64,000 bases of DNA from the NCBI GenBank assembly GCA_950097015.1, contig CATNEN010000037.1, forward strand, positions 3,596,001 to 3,660,000. Reading direction: 5' to 3'. Below are positions 52,201-64,000 of the stretch, piece after piece (the stretch's first letter is position 1; the number at the start of each line of letters is the position of its first letter). Source of the DNA: Macrostomum hystrix. Its lineage: Eukaryota; Animalia; Platyhelminthes. Below the pieces are notes generated by a model. It was not told the origin of the DNA. It did no database searches and worked only from the letters and a program-made list of their open reading frames with translations. The position numbers and the translations under genes were made by a program.

Positions 52201-55200
52201 TCAGGAATGTGATCAGGAATGTCATCAGGATGTCATCAGGAATGTTATCAGGGATGTCATCAGGGATGTCATCAAGGATGTCATCAGGAATGTCATCAGG
52301 AATGTCATCAGGAATGCCATCAGGAATGTCATCAGGAATGTCATCAGGAATGTCATCAGGAATGTCATCAGGATGTCATCAGGAATGTCATCAGGAATGT
52401 CATCAGGAATGTCTTCAGGAATGTCATGAGGAATGTCATCAGGAATGTCTTCAGGAATTTCATCAGGAATGTCATCAGGAATGTCATCAGGAATGTCATC
52501 AGGAATGTCATTAGGAATGTCATCAGTTTTGTTATCAGGGATGTCATCAAGGATGTCATCAGGAATGTCATCAGGAATGTCATCAGGAATGCCATCAGGA
52601 ATGTCATCAGGAATGTCATCAGGAATGTCATCAGGAATGTCATCAGGAATGTCATCAGGAATGTCATCAGGGATGTCATCAGGAATGTCATCAGTTTTGT
52701 TATCAGGGATGTCATCAGGAATGTCATCAGTTTTGTTATCAGGGATGTCATCAGGAATGTCATCAGGAATGTCATCAGGATGTCATCAGGAATGTCATCA
52801 GGAATGTCATCAGGAATGTCTTCAGGAATGTCATGAGGAATGTCATCAGGAATGTCTTCAGGAATTTCATCAGGAATGTCATCAGGAATGTCATCAGGAA
52901 TGTCATCAGGAATGTCATTAGGAATGTCATCAGTTTTGTTATCAGGGATGTCATCAAGGATGTCATCAGGAATGTCATCAGGAATGTCATCAGGAATGCC
53001 ATCAGGAATGTCATCAGGAATGTCATCAGGGATGTCATCAGGAATGTCATGAGGAATGTCATCAGGAATGTCATCAGGAATGTCATCAGGAATGTCATCA
53101 GGAATGTCATCAGGAATGTCATCAGGAATATCATCAGGGATGTCATCAGGAATGTCATCAAGAATGTCATGAGGAATGTCATCAGGAATGTCATCAGGAA
53201 TGTCATCAGGGATGTCATCAGGAATATCATCAGGAATATCATCAGGAATATCATCAGGAATGTCATCAGGAATGTCATCAGGAATGTCATCAGGAATGTC
53301 ATCAGGAATGTCTTCAGGAATGTCATCAGGGATGTCATCAGGAATGTCATCAGGAATGTCATCAGGAATGTCATCAGGAATATCATCAGGGATGTCATCA
53401 GGAATGTCATCAGGAATGTCATCAGGAATGTCATCAGGAATGTCATTAGGAATGTCATCAGTTTTGTTATCAGGGATGTCATCAGGAATGTCATCAGTTT
53501 TGTTATCAGGGATGTCATCAGGAATGTCATCAGTTTTGTTATCAGGGATGTCATCAGGAATGTCATGAGGAATGTCATCAGGAATGTCATCAGGAATGTC
53601 ATCAGGAATGTCATCAGGAATGTCATCAGGAATGTCATGAGGAATGTCATCAGGAATGTCATCAGGAATGTCATCAGGAATGTCATCAGGAATGTCATGA
53701 GGAATGTCATCAGGAATGTCATCAGGAATGTCATAATGATTATGTAAGCGACTCAGGTGCATGTTTGCATAGATTATTTAGAGATGGTAAACTTTGTCGA
53801 ACTGTTTGATAGGAGTTTCATGAACCAGGTGGGTGCAACAGAAGTCAAAAGTGCATCAACAGTGACCCTGTAAACTTTTCAGATGTAGAAATTAACGAAG
53901 GCCTATAGATTCTAGCTATAGGATTTCAGAACAATTGACATGCCAGTTGTGAGTAAGACATTTCGACAGTTGACCCACTAATTAGGAGCCAATGCACTCT
54001 GTCTCCTACATCTTACACTTAAAGCCCGCCAAAATGCAGGCCAACTAAATCGCCAAATCAGTTTAATCCACCTAGACATATTGCCCAGAGACAAGATAAT
54101 CCGGGATCTTAGATGGATTTGCGACAGCTTCAAACAATGATTGCTCGAATTCAATCTTGGCGTTTCAAAAAAATCCCCATTTAAATATGAGATTCCATTT
54201 GACACAGAGGACTGGCCAAAGAGAGAGAGAGAGATGGGATGTTGGGGGGGGGCAGTGTCGGGGTGAGTTGTGGTCCGATTGAGCCAGCTCAAAGGGTCGC
54301 CGAGCTTCACGCTTGAGTTGAGTCTGAGTCGTAGTTGCAATAGTGGAAGAGCTTCCCTAGTTTAGTGTGTTCCCATAGTCACAGAGAAAATAACGGGACA
54401 AGTGATTGACCATTCGTAGGGGCCAACTAGCTAGGAATAGTTTACAGTGCTTTACATTGGCAATAGATTTAGACAAGTGCTTTAGACAATGCCTTTGTCT
54501 AAACTTCCGATCCCGCGTCCACAAAAAAAAGCGGGACAATTTTCCCAATCCACCGCCTGGAAACTGAGCAGGCCAAACTGGGGTCATCTTGACCCCACCG
54601 CCAACAGTTCCTGTTCGGTTGAAGGCGTGAGACAGTGAGGGAGAGAGGAGTCGGGAAGTTGTTCGAATTACACGGGATGACCAAGGCTCCCCTCCCCTTA
54701 TTTCAATCCCACACCACGAAAGCTCTTCGGTGCTCCCATCCCTTAAACCCGGGCCCTCGAGAACCGAGCTCAGCGCGACATTGAGTAGAGGTGGCTGGAG
54801 AGCGGCCTCACAATGCTGAGATTGATTGGGAGAAGAAGAAAAAACTGGCCAACTTCCTCCAGCCCCGCGCCCGCTGTCGGCAGAAAGAAAATTCACTCAG
54901 CGAAGCCAAGGGCGTCAACCGAGAGCCAAATTTGCCTCTCTTATCCCCCAACTGGGAGCTATCAGTTCGTGTCAGAGCGAGTGTGACAAGTATCACCCAG
55001 CACTGGCTGGTCCGAAGTGATTTTTCTGCAAATTCGAGAAGTAAAGAAAGAGAATCATGCAGCCCTAGTGGGTTACCTAATTCCGCATTGTTTCAGTTCA
55101 GAAACTATCGCTTGGACTCAGAGAAACCCATAGACAAAAGTAATCAATTTCGATACATACCAGGGAACTGCCCCCATTGTTAAATGAACTAGTAGGACAC

Positions 55201-57844
55201 CGTTGGAGAATATGGTGCTTCCTTTGGAAGCACCGCGCAAGAGCTGCTGCTGTGCCAACTGGCTGTCACAACCTGGAACAGCTGGGCTAGGGTCATTTCT
55301 ACTACCAATTCTATCTCCTATTTAATACAATCTCTACAGTTCCGCACAGTGGATTTTCGAGGGAGATAGTACCTTGCATTTTAGAAATACCTACCACAAA
55401 TCTCAAAAGTGATTGCTCTTTGGAAATTCCTGGATTGGAATAACTCGGGGGGAAATACCTTTATCGAATTACGAGCGTATTCGATCAGAATAAAAACTGG
55501 CGAAGAAGGAATGCCTTAGAAAATCAGTCCTGACAGTTAAAAAGCATAAAAAATTATAGTAAAGAAAATCCATGACATCATTAGGCATTAGGGGAATCCT
55601 ATAGGGGGCTCCACAGGGGAATCCAACAGTGGAATCCGCAGCGGAATACCGCACGAGAATCCCATAGGGGAATCCACAACGAAATACCGCACGGGAATCC
55701 ACTCGGTAATCCACACGGGAATCCACAGGGGAATACCACAAGGGAATCCCATAGGGCAATCCACAGGGGAATACCACTCGGGAATCCACAGGGGAATACC
55801 ACACGGAAATCCACTCGGGGAATCCACAAGGGAATCCCACAGGGACTCCCGTAAAGAATCCCACAGGCGAATCCCAAATGCCAAATTTACAAAAGAAAAA
55901 AGAGAAGAACATTCCAGAAGCAAGCTTTCAAAACATTAGCCGAGATCCTGATACCTCGCCGAAAAAATTGGTGGTCCGCCTGGTGAGGAAAGTGACTCCC
56001 CAAAGGGATCGGGGGACTGATCAGGGGGACATGAATTCGTTCAAGTCCATCGAGTGGTCCCCAGGTGCGGGCTGAAGAGCCGGAGGGAGGCAAAAATGAG
56101 TCAAAATGAGTCAAACTTTTTTATTTCTTTCCCATTTTGATGGCTTTCAATTTTCAGTTGCAGATGGCCATCGCTGCTTTAAATAATTGCAATTTATGCC
56201 GCCGAGATGAAGGCTGCAGGAATGACTGTCGGCACATGCAGGGATAATTGTCCCCTCATTTTTTGGGATAGAATAAATTCAGTTTTCTTCGACCCTCTCT
56301 TACTCGATCTGGCTAGATCACGTGACTGGAGGTTAGTCTTGCCCGCTGATTTACCGGCTGTCAACCATTTTTGACGAGAAAATAAGCTGCAACGGCAGTC
56401 AATCATTTTAAGCTGAGGAGTTACAGAAAAATTGAGCAGGGAACCTCGCGGGTCAAGGTGCAGATAAATTATGAGCAGCACTAACCTCCGAGACGAGGTT
56501 TCTTGCGGTTGAAAGGGAGTTTTTAAAGAAATATTTAAAGTAAAAAAGCTCCGAAGTCTCAAAAACGTTTTTGTGATTTTTGTAGGTTGGAGAATCTGAC
56601 CGAGAATACCCCGTGGGAATTTCCTGATGTAATTTTTGGAGAATCCCGCTGGGATCACCACATTGGGAAAACCCATCGCGATTTCACTGGCATCAGGTTT
56701 TAGAATCGCAATTGCATGAGCGATTGACCTTAGACTTTTGGAGAATCCCTAGTGGAAGCTCTTGGCGAATCCCTGATGGAAAGTCTTGGGGAATCCCTGA
56801 TGGAAGCTCTTGGGAAATCCCTGATGGAAAGTCTTGCGAAATCCTTGATGAAAGCTTTTGTGGAGTCTCTGATGGAATCCCTGATTAAAGATCTTAGGGA
56901 ATCCCTCATGGAAGCTCTTGGGAAATCCCTGATGAAAGATCTTAGGAAACCCCTTATGGAAGCTCTTAGGAAATCCTTGATGAAAGATCTTGGGGAATCC
57001 CTGATGAAAGATCATATGGAATCCCTGATGGAAGCTCTTGGCGAATCCCTGATGGAAGCTCTTAGGGAATCCCTGATAAAAGATCTTGGGGAATCCCTGA
57101 TGAAAGATCTTAGGGAATCCCTGATGAAAGATCTTGGGAAATCCTTGATGAAAGATCTTAGGGAATCCCTCATGGAAGCTCTTGGGAAATCCCTGATGAA
57201 AGATCATATGGAATCCCTGATGGAAGCTCTTAGGGAATCCCTGATAAAAGATCTTGGGGAATCCCTGATAAAAGATCTTATGGAAGCTCTGGTATAAATT
57301 CTTGAAGTTGGAGCTCGGCGTTTCTTAAGAATAAGAAAGGTCTTGAAGAATTCATGCGAGTGCTGTCGGAAAATCACACCTGGAAATCCTGAATCCGAGG
57401 CAAAAAACATGACAGTCACTAACCGTACACGAACAGGTAGATAGTGCACTGCTCAACCCCATCGCCTGGCTCCTCGACTCGAAACTTCACCAAGCACCTG
57501 TAGACTCCTTGGTCGCTGATTCGCACATCCCGCAGCTGTAGAGTGGCCTCCGAGTGCACCGACAATCGACCGGAAAACTCCAAAGCGATCGTCGGCTCGT
57601 AGGACTCGAAGCGGTCAAACACGGCCTGGTGGGAGCCGTCTCGGCGCCATTGCACCTGGTGCGGCACCATCACATTGGGCGGGTAGTGGAGGCGGCACTC
57701 GAACAACACCGCGCTGCCCGCGGCCACCTCCTTGGGGATCTGGCGACGCGATCGGACCAGCAGCTGATTCAACGACCGGCCCTGCTGGCTCACGATGAGC
57801 AGCAGCAGCAGCAGCAGCAGCTGTGGTGGCACCGATGGAGACAT
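40232..57844 (-). CDS. IGSF9: Protein turtle homolog / IGSF9-like receptor (signal peptide, 5 Ig, 2 FN3, TM, tail; 912 aa); exons 57844-57424, 46760-46470, 46053-45505, 44734-44281, 43727-43414, 41167-40985, 40758-40232
   Basis: Signal peptide MSPSVPPQLLLLLLLLIVS. Turtle-type motifs CVPSNG..PPQASAY.V and G.PG.INCPVLANPP..V.WT; PYMLERPQ..QLVG; FN3 LSWVPGYDSG. TM segment LWAMLACAAVAASLAAAALLW. All introns are GT-AG and phase-consistent; total CDS 2739 nt. Confidence 0.9.
40812..40895. repeat. 17-bp GGAGTGAGGTGGGTGTT x5, turtle intron 6
   Basis: Tandem copies; reverse complement of the 46175-46445 unit. Confidence 0.9.
41630..42983 (+). mobile_element. Full-length mariner DNA transposon (1354 bp) in turtle intron 5, antisense to the host gene
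   Basis: Perfect 26-bp TIRs CGGGTGTGTCATAAGTAATGTCACTG at 41630-41655 and 42958-42983. TA lies on the left flank, AA on the right. Confidence 0.95.
41851..42912 (+). CDS. Mariner transposase (DD34D), uninterrupted ORF of about 353 aa
   Basis: Motifs RSGRP, WVPHDL, DETW, DNARPH and YSPDFNLCD; I counted 34 residues between the second and third catalytic Asp. First ATG at 41851. Confidence 0.95.
   Translation: MNHDKTHIQFYAFIRFKLGKSALEVEEDLRNTLPDNCPTRRTIYRWFQNFTDPGFELGDAARSGRPCSTRTIENIEVISDLVKEDPRQFVRELADCLEIDFKTVHRILTEDLHLQNVCSVWVPHDLTADQRQARVNCANQIRKVFSSRGLDDILNCLVVEDETWLHLDGKSSKADSRCWLGAGDSRLTVTRRSISDKKTMLLVAFTPNKRVSICTTPPNTKVDGQYFIDFVRHTGNLWRTLRSNPIHLNEVLWQMDNARPHTCQAVSDFLAGRRVNLLWQSPYSPDFNLCDRFLFKWLKADFSQRSFANHDEVKEAALHWFRQLEEKHLQAEVEKLYKHCQRVIDIGGHYVVD
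43133..43365. repeat. 17-bp GGAGTGAGGTGGCTGTC, turtle intron 5
   Basis: About 13 copies. Confidence 0.93.
43855..44240. repeat. 11/22-bp GCTAGTGACAG array, turtle intron 4
   Basis: Tandem copies degenerating at both edges. Confidence 0.85.
44878..45450. repeat. 17-bp GAGAAGGTGGGGAGTTT, turtle intron 3
   Basis: About 33 copies. Confidence 0.95.
46175..46445. repeat. 17-bp CCAACACCCACCTCACT, turtle intron 2
   Basis: About 16 copies. Confidence 0.93.
47278..50055. repeat. 29-bp satellite GATGTGACA(T/C)(A/G)TCACTGGATGTAGTGATG-type unit, about 95 copies, turtle intron 1
   Basis: Largest array in the window; central variants CATAT, CGTGT and CATGT. Confidence 0.97.
51225..51572. repeat. 56-bp minisatellite x6
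   Basis: Period 56 measured (TTCTATGG at 51241, 51297, 51353). Confidence 0.95.
51560..51682 (-). mobile_element. SINE family A copy (truncated), fused to a 56-bp array
   Basis: GGGTGGACTGAA..TAAAGTGTCTAGCTCAAGGAC..GATTCGAACTC..GACGCTTTAACCTCTGGGCTAC. Confidence 0.7.
52195..53735. repeat. 12-bp minisatellite TCATCAGGAATG
   Basis: About 125 copies with block duplications. Confidence 0.97.
55590..55875. repeat. Degenerate GGGAATCCAC array
   Basis: Recurring GGGAATCC(A/C)C. Confidence 0.75.
56745..57295. repeat. 24-bp minisatellite ATCCCTGATGAAAGATCTTGGGGA
   Basis: About 23 copies. Confidence 0.93.
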
Positions 57845-58529
57845 GTCGACTGGTCAAGACCTGAACAGATTTCGAATCTTTTGCGCTGTTTAAGTCCGCT
57901 GTTTCTCCTTGCCCAACCGGGCTGTGCACTTCGCCAGCGCACCGCAATGGGTTGTGGAATTCGGGAAACCGCACAGATATGCTCTCTCTCTCTCTCTCTT
58001 TCTCTCTCATTTTTTGCTTTTTGAGTCTTCTCCAGGGTTGGAGCCAGAGGCAGCGGCGGCTAACTCGGCATTGGTCGGACCGGTGTAGGCAACCCAGCCC
58101 GGCGAGGAAACCTGCGCGTTGTCTCCACCCACCCCTGCCTCCCAATGCCTGCATCGATTCAGTTGCTAGCCAGAACTTTGCCCTCCATTGAAGTGGGATT
58201 TCAATTCCTTCCACATCATAAAATCTTTTTTAATCCTCATCGAATGAGGCGGCGAAAAAACGCTAGTTTTTATTGTTTTAATCTAATTCTTTGTCGCAGA
58301 ACCAGCAGCCTGATCGCCTGGTATATTACCTATTAGATATTATAGGTGACCTATTAGGTCAATCAGAGCATTTTAATTTAATGGGCAAGCATCTTATGAA
58401 CATATCAAAAGCATGGTAATAGTAACCCTAGGCACCCCAATATCATGGGTAATACTCCCCTTGGCAACTGAATTTTATGGATAAGAAATCCTTAGGCAGG
58501 GATGTGAAGGGCAGAGCGGCTAACAAGTT

Positions 58530-58610
58530 TGCCTCTCGCACCAAGGTCCCTAAGCTCGATTCCGCGGCGAGGCCACATTCATTTGGGGCGCAGCCGAGGC
58601 AAGGGACAGT
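58530..58610 (+). mobile_element. Fragment of a second dispersed repeat (SINE-like family B); related fragments at about 9275-9308 (-) and 37460-37640 (-)
   Basis: Shared B-box-like string G(C/T)TCGA(T/A)TCCGCGGCGAGGCCACATT; ATTTGGGGCGCAGCC is also shared with the nicastrin intron copy. Confidence 0.5.
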
Positions 58611-59269
58611 GAAAATGTACACTGCCTGACCAAGGAACACTAGTTGCATTTCCTTAGCCAGTCTAGAACTCTAGAAGCCCTTGTGTCTGACGATGAGAAA
58701 ATCAGTGCATATGTACACACCTGTGTGAGTGTGTGCCTGCGTACAGTATCTGTGTGCGTGTGTGCTCAGGAGTCAGCGAAATGGGCAGAATTGCCTCCTC
58801 GCTGGCTGCGGGTCTAGTGTCACCAAATGATTGCCATTGCCCGCAGCCCTCCTGCAATTATTATAATTATTATCCATTAGGCACCTCAATCTCACAGGTA
58901 AGATTATTGTAAGCACATGGATCAGTAACAGAATCTCATGAGCTCCAAATTCTCACAGTTAGAACCCATGTGAAATATGTTTGTCATTAGAAACTCGAGC
59001 GAAACTATCGAAAGATTCGAAAAAGCAACTTGACGACCTTAAAACAAGCAAGTTTTTTAAATATAAAAAATTTATTTCAGCTTAGAATCGAATAAAGAGA
59101 GACAGAATAAGTTAGAGAAAGGTCCGCTATGGCACGCCTCAACACTGGTGATGGCTGATGCAGGTTGCGCTGGGGAAGCTTGTTATCAATTATTAGCGTG
59201 ACTTGGCTGGAAAGATAATTCAAAGCTCTTGTCAACCTGGCAGACAGGAAGACTGACATGTGCCGCGAG

Positions 59270-59812
59270 GGAAATAGAAGAGGAGGTGAGGGAGATAGAA
59301 GAGGAGGTGAGGGAGATAGAAGAGGAGGTGAGGGAGATAGAAGAGGAGGTGGGGGAAGTACAAGAGGAGGTGAGGGAGATACAAGAGGAGGTGAGGGAGA
59401 TACAAGAGGAGGTGAAGGAGATAGAAGAGGAGGTGAGGGAGATGGAAGAGGTGAGGGAGATAGAAGAGGAGGTGAGGGAGATGGAAGAGGTGAGGGAGAT
59501 ACAAGAGGAGGTGGGGAAGTACAAGAGGAGGTGAAGGAGATAGAAGAGGAGGTGAGGGAGATGGAAGAGGTGAGGGAGATAGAAGAGGAGGTGAGGGAGA
59601 TGGAAGAGGTGAGGGAGATACAAGAGGAGGTGGGAGAAGTACAAGAGGAGGTGAGGGAGATAGGAGAGGAGGTGGGGGAAGTACAAGAGAGAGTGAGGGA
59701 GATAGAAGAGGAGGTGAGGGAGATAGAAGAGGAGGTGAGGGAGATAGAAGAGGAGGTGAGGGAGATAGAAGAGGAGGTGAGGGAGATGGAAGATGAGGTG
59801 AGGGAGATGGAG
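59270..59812. repeat. Purine-rich 21/18-bp minisatellite GAGGAGGTGAGGGAGATAGAA
   Basis: Tandem copies; produces a spurious Glu-rich ORF. Confidence 0.93.
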
Positions 59813-60539
59813 GGGTGTGCACAGCATGCCATGAGTGGGATTGCTGGTATAGGAATGGTAAGCATTTGTCAAGCTGCCAAGTGTCTAGTGGGGGGGGGGC
59901 AAAGCCTTATTGCTGGTGAAGGCAGGAGGCACCAGAGCGAAGACCAAGCAGCAGTCTTGTAAAGTTTGAGCTGGGCTGAAGGAAGGGGCGGCAGCGAAGT
60001 CAGCTGGGAGTTGGCGGCAAACCTAAGCCCGGAGATAGAGGGGCTGTGGTCTGTGGGATAGCAGTTTGCCCCAATGACAAATCGGTATATCCACTCGGGC
60101 CAGCTTCTCTATAGGCCATCTCTCTCTCTCTCTCTCCTTCTCTACCCGAACTCCTCGGAGGAACAAATTACAGCGCATTGGGAGACTTAATCTAATACCC
60201 TGTGTTTGCAGGCGCCCAGCCTCTCTTAACCAACGCACGCAGACTCAAACACTCACAGGGTGGCGGGCAACTTGTTCTACCGACCATTCTTCTTCTTTTG
60301 TGTCTGCCAGATCTATCTGTTCAACTGCGGCTAGACCAAGCAATGTATATATGCTTCTCTTCTGCTTTCCAACAGAATTGCTACATTCCGTAGAGTTTCG
60401 ATTTGGGAATTTTCTCTTATTGAATCCCGGTCTAATCAGCCTTTAAGCTTTGTTATCCTAATTCATGTTGTGAAAGCCAATTTCCAAAGGACTGTTCAGA
60501 AAGGACGACAAAATAATGGATTTTAAATAGCCTCATTCT

Positions 60540-61820
60540 ATTCTAGCTGAATACCCTGCTTCGATTCCAGCTGAATACCCTGCTTCGATTCCAGCTGAAT
60601 ACCCTGCTTCGATTCCAGCTGAATATCCTGCTTCGATTCTAGCTGAATATCCTGCTTCGATTCTTGCTGAATACCCTGCTTCGATTCTTGCTGAATACCC
60701 TGCTTCGATTCTTGCTGAATACCCTGCTTCGATTCTAGCTGAATACCCTGCTTCGATTCTAGCTGAATATCCTGCTTTGATTCTAGCTGAATACCCTGCT
60801 TCGATTCCAACTGAATATCCTGCTTCGATTCTGGCTGAATACCCTGCTTCGATTCTAGCTGAATATCCTGCTTCGATTCTTGCTGAATACCCTGCTTCGA
60901 TTCTTGCTGAATACCCTGCTTCGATTCTAGCTGCATACCCTGCTTCGATTCTGGCTGAATACCCTGCTTCGATTCCAGCTGAATATCCTGCTTCGATTCT
61001 AGCTGAATACCCTGCTTCGATTCTAGCTGAATATCCTGCTTCGATTCTAGCTGAATATCCTGCTTCGATTCTAGCTGAATATCCTGCTTCGATTCTTGCT
61101 GAATATCCTGCTTCGATTCTAGCTGCATACCCTGCTTCGATTCTGGCTGAATACCCTGCTTCGATTCCAGCTGAATATCCTGCTTCGATTCTAGCTGAAT
61201 ACCCTGCTTCGATTCTAGCTGAATATCCTGCTTCGATTCTAGCTGAATATCCTGCTTCGATTCTAGCTGAATATCCTGCTTTGATTCTAGCTGAATACCT
61301 GCTTCGATTCCAACTGAATATCCTGCTTCGATTCTGGCTGAATACCCTGCTTCGATTCTAGCTGAATATCCTGCTTCGATTCTTGCTGAATACCCTGCTT
61401 CGATTCTTGCTGAATACCCTGCTTCGATTCTAGCTGCATACCCTGCTTCGATTCTGGCTGAATACCCTGCTTCGATTCCAGCTGAATATCCTGCTTCGAT
61501 TCTAGCTGAATACCCTGCTTCGATTCTAGCTGAATATCCTGCTTCGATTCTAGCTGAATATCCTGCTTCGATTCTAGCTGAATATCCTGCTTTGATTCTA
61601 GCTGAATACCCTGCTTCGATTCCAACTGAATATCCTGCTTCGATTCTGGCTGAATATCCTGCTTCGATTCTAGCTGAATACCCTGCTTCGATTCCAACTG
61701 AATATACTGCTTCGATTCTAGCTGAATACCCTGCTTCGATTCCAGCTGAACATCCTGCTTCGATTCTAGCTGAACATCCTGCTTCGATACCAGCTGAACA
61801 TCCTGCTTCGATACCAGCTG
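60540..61820. repeat. 24-bp minisatellite GCTTCGATTCTAGCTGAATATCCT
   Basis: About 53 copies. Confidence 0.96.
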
Positions 61821-62464
61821 CATTTTTCGACGATTCAGCTTTTTTTGTTAAGATTTCAAACAAATTTCTTAGAATGATTTGAATAATTTTTTAGTAAGCT
61901 TCAAGCTGCTAGTTTTTCGTTCTCGTAAGCCAGTGTTGTAAAAAAACCTTATACAAAACAGCTGTTATGACTAACACTATATGACAATTTTATAGTTCGC
62001 ATAGACAGCATATACACACTATGATTCCTTAATTAATTATATATCTATCTCCTTTTTACATCCAACTCTCTGGTTGGGCTCGCTTAGCTGGAGCATAGCG
62101 AATGAGCTGGGCTGACGGGTCGATTAACGGCAAAAAAGGAGGAATCGGATGGGGACTGGCAGCTCGGTCGGATCCTCAATTTAATCGATTGGCTCTGTAT
62201 GCAATCCCCACAGCAGTCTGTGTACAAACACACAAACCTGTGCGCGCATATCCTGACGCATCTCTATAAACTGACCTTATCAGTATCTAGAAAGTTTCTA
62301 CGATAAGGTGATGCTATTAGTAAATGAAACCAGACAATGCTGTTGTCAAATGAAACGGATTGTTTTAGAATGCTAACAATAGACAGGTAAATAATTTGCG
62401 ACTATAATTTAATAGCTGAAATATTAACTGGTTCAGGCGTGAAATAAAACAGGGTGGTGGATAG

Positions 62465-63010
62465 GGAGAACAGGGGAGAGAGGGAGATAGCAGAGGGGAG
62501 AGAGGGAGATAGCAGAGGGGAGAGAGGGAGATAGCAGAGGGGAGAGAAGGAGATAGCAGAGGGGAGAGAGGGAGATAGCAGAGGGGAGAGGGAGACAGCA
62601 GAGGGAGAGTGAGGGAGATAGCAGAGGGAGAGTGAGGGAGATAGTAGAGGGAGAGTGAGGGAGACAGGAGAGGGAGAGTGAGGGAGATAGCAGAGGGAGA
62701 GTGAGGGAGACAGCAGAGGGAGAGTGAGGGAGACAGGAGAGGGAGAGTGAGGGAGATAGCAGAGGGAGAGTGAGGGAGACAGGAGAGGGAGAGTGAGGGA
62801 GACAGGAGAGGGAGAGTGAGGGAGATAGCAGAGGGAGAGTGAGGGAGATAGCAGAGGGAGAGTGAGGGAGATAGCAGAGGGAGAGTGATGGAGACAGGAG
62901 AGGGATAGTGAGGGAGATAGCAGAGGGAGAGTGAGGGAGACAGGAGAGGGATAGTGAGGGAGATAGCAGAGGGAGAGAGAGGGAAATAGAACAGAGTAGA
63001 GAGGGAGATA
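62465..63010. repeat. Purine-rich minisatellite of about 23 bp, GTGAGGGAGATAGCAGAGGGAGA
   Basis: Tandem copies; shares GTGAGGGAGATAG with 59270-59812. Confidence 0.93.
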
Positions 63011-64000
63011 GATACTGTGTAGAGGATAAGTGAGAAGGGAGTAAGAATGGAGCATGAGCTCGTTGATTGAGCAGCAGAAGAGTAGGAGTCAAAGGTTAAG
63101 TAGAAGTAAATGAAGCCCAAAGTAAAGCTAGAGAACAAGACGGACAGGCATAAGAGGGGCTGAAAAATGTCAAGCTTTAGTTTTCCGAAATCAATAAAAA
63201 CAGAGTCACGGAAAGGCCATTGCTCCACTTTAGATAGGCGTTAAAACTTTGAGAGATAAACCCTGACAGGATAGATTAGCAACTAGACCATTAGAGCGCA
63301 GTTCGATAGCACAGATGAATGTATTATTACAACATTGTAAATAATAAGAGGGGTGGCAGCAACTCAAAGCAAGCCATCACCGATAAAAATGCTGCATTTA
63401 GTACTGTTGAAGGCTAGAAATTTTAAAACGGAAAGCGCAATATTTTGAAAAGCACAATTGCAAGTAAACATTGAAAGTCGTGTAAACAAATTAAGGACAT
63501 TTCATAGTACTATGAGTAGAAAAAATGCTTGAAACTATTTAGAAATAGGTGAAAACAGTAGAAAAAATACACTGAAATAATCTTATAGTTTAGCACCGAA
63601 AAATACGAGTTAAAATGAAATAGTAAGCCGTGTTTCCTGTAAAAATTTGCTGCTTACGAGTAAAATACTATAACAAAAATTTACTAAAAGTGCGCCATTG
63701 AGAAATGTTACTTTATTAACAGCAGAAGGACCATGGGGTGTTTCAAATCTCCCAAAATATTCAACGAAATCCAGAACACGGGCTAAATACCCCCCTGGTC
63801 TTTCGCCAGGTGAAATTATTAAATTATTAAAAACTATTAAATTAGTTAGATTAGAAAAGATGCACTGATAAGTCAGGTGTCATAACCAACAAGGGTGTGA
63901 AATTTTACAATCGATGCCTTATTAGAACTGGAAAATGAAGCTGACACAGGTGCTTAATTGGACAAGGTGTGAAAATTACCACACCCGATAGCGGTTAAAC

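Noticed and set aside
53978-56676. Several 60-180 aa non-repeat ORFs in turtle intron 1
   Set aside because: No recognisable domain or consistent splice phases; may be decayed TE sequence, but I cannot support that.
59229-59962. Glu-rich coiled-coil-like ORF (EEEVREI)n and collagen-like GGEGDRR ORF
   Set aside because: Purine-rich minisatellite open in several frames, with no splice-supported context. The same applies to the ORFs at 5442-6683, 11836-13299, 19997-20789, 52178-53762, 56749-57297, 60538-61882 and 62365-63228.

Overview
Eukaryotic (animal) genomic DNA. GC-rich exons, GT-AG introns packed with minisatellites and the TE content resemble the flatworm Macrostomum, but the species call is inference only. 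I built four spliced genes by checking splice sites and phases by hand. (1) The 3' exons of MORN5 (+, 46-2101). (2) A 14-exon uncharacterised HEAT/ARM-like gene of about 1250 aa (+, 15806-31856) with an apparent 1-nt frameshift in its first coding exon. (3) A divergent nicastrin (+, about 34702-37946) lacking the DYIGS motif and carrying a coding (Thr-Ala)12 tract. (4) A 7-exon turtle/IGSF9 adhesion receptor (-, 57844-40232; 5 Ig + 2 FN3 + TM, 912 aa). Mobile elements include an intact DD34D mariner, a non-autonomous Helitron with a nested hAT MITE, a second hAT MITE and several tRNA-derived SINE copies. About 37 tandem arrays cover roughly 24 kb by my manual boundaries, and most long ORFs in the supplied track are artefacts of these arrays. 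Two observations stand out. Complementary minisatellites sit in introns flanking frame-preserving exon blocks in two genes, which suggests repeat-guided exon skipping or circRNA formation. Tandem arrays also repeatedly occur inside SINE and MITE copies, including a 7x amplified Pol III B-box. No CRISPR array, rRNA or true tRNA gene was found.
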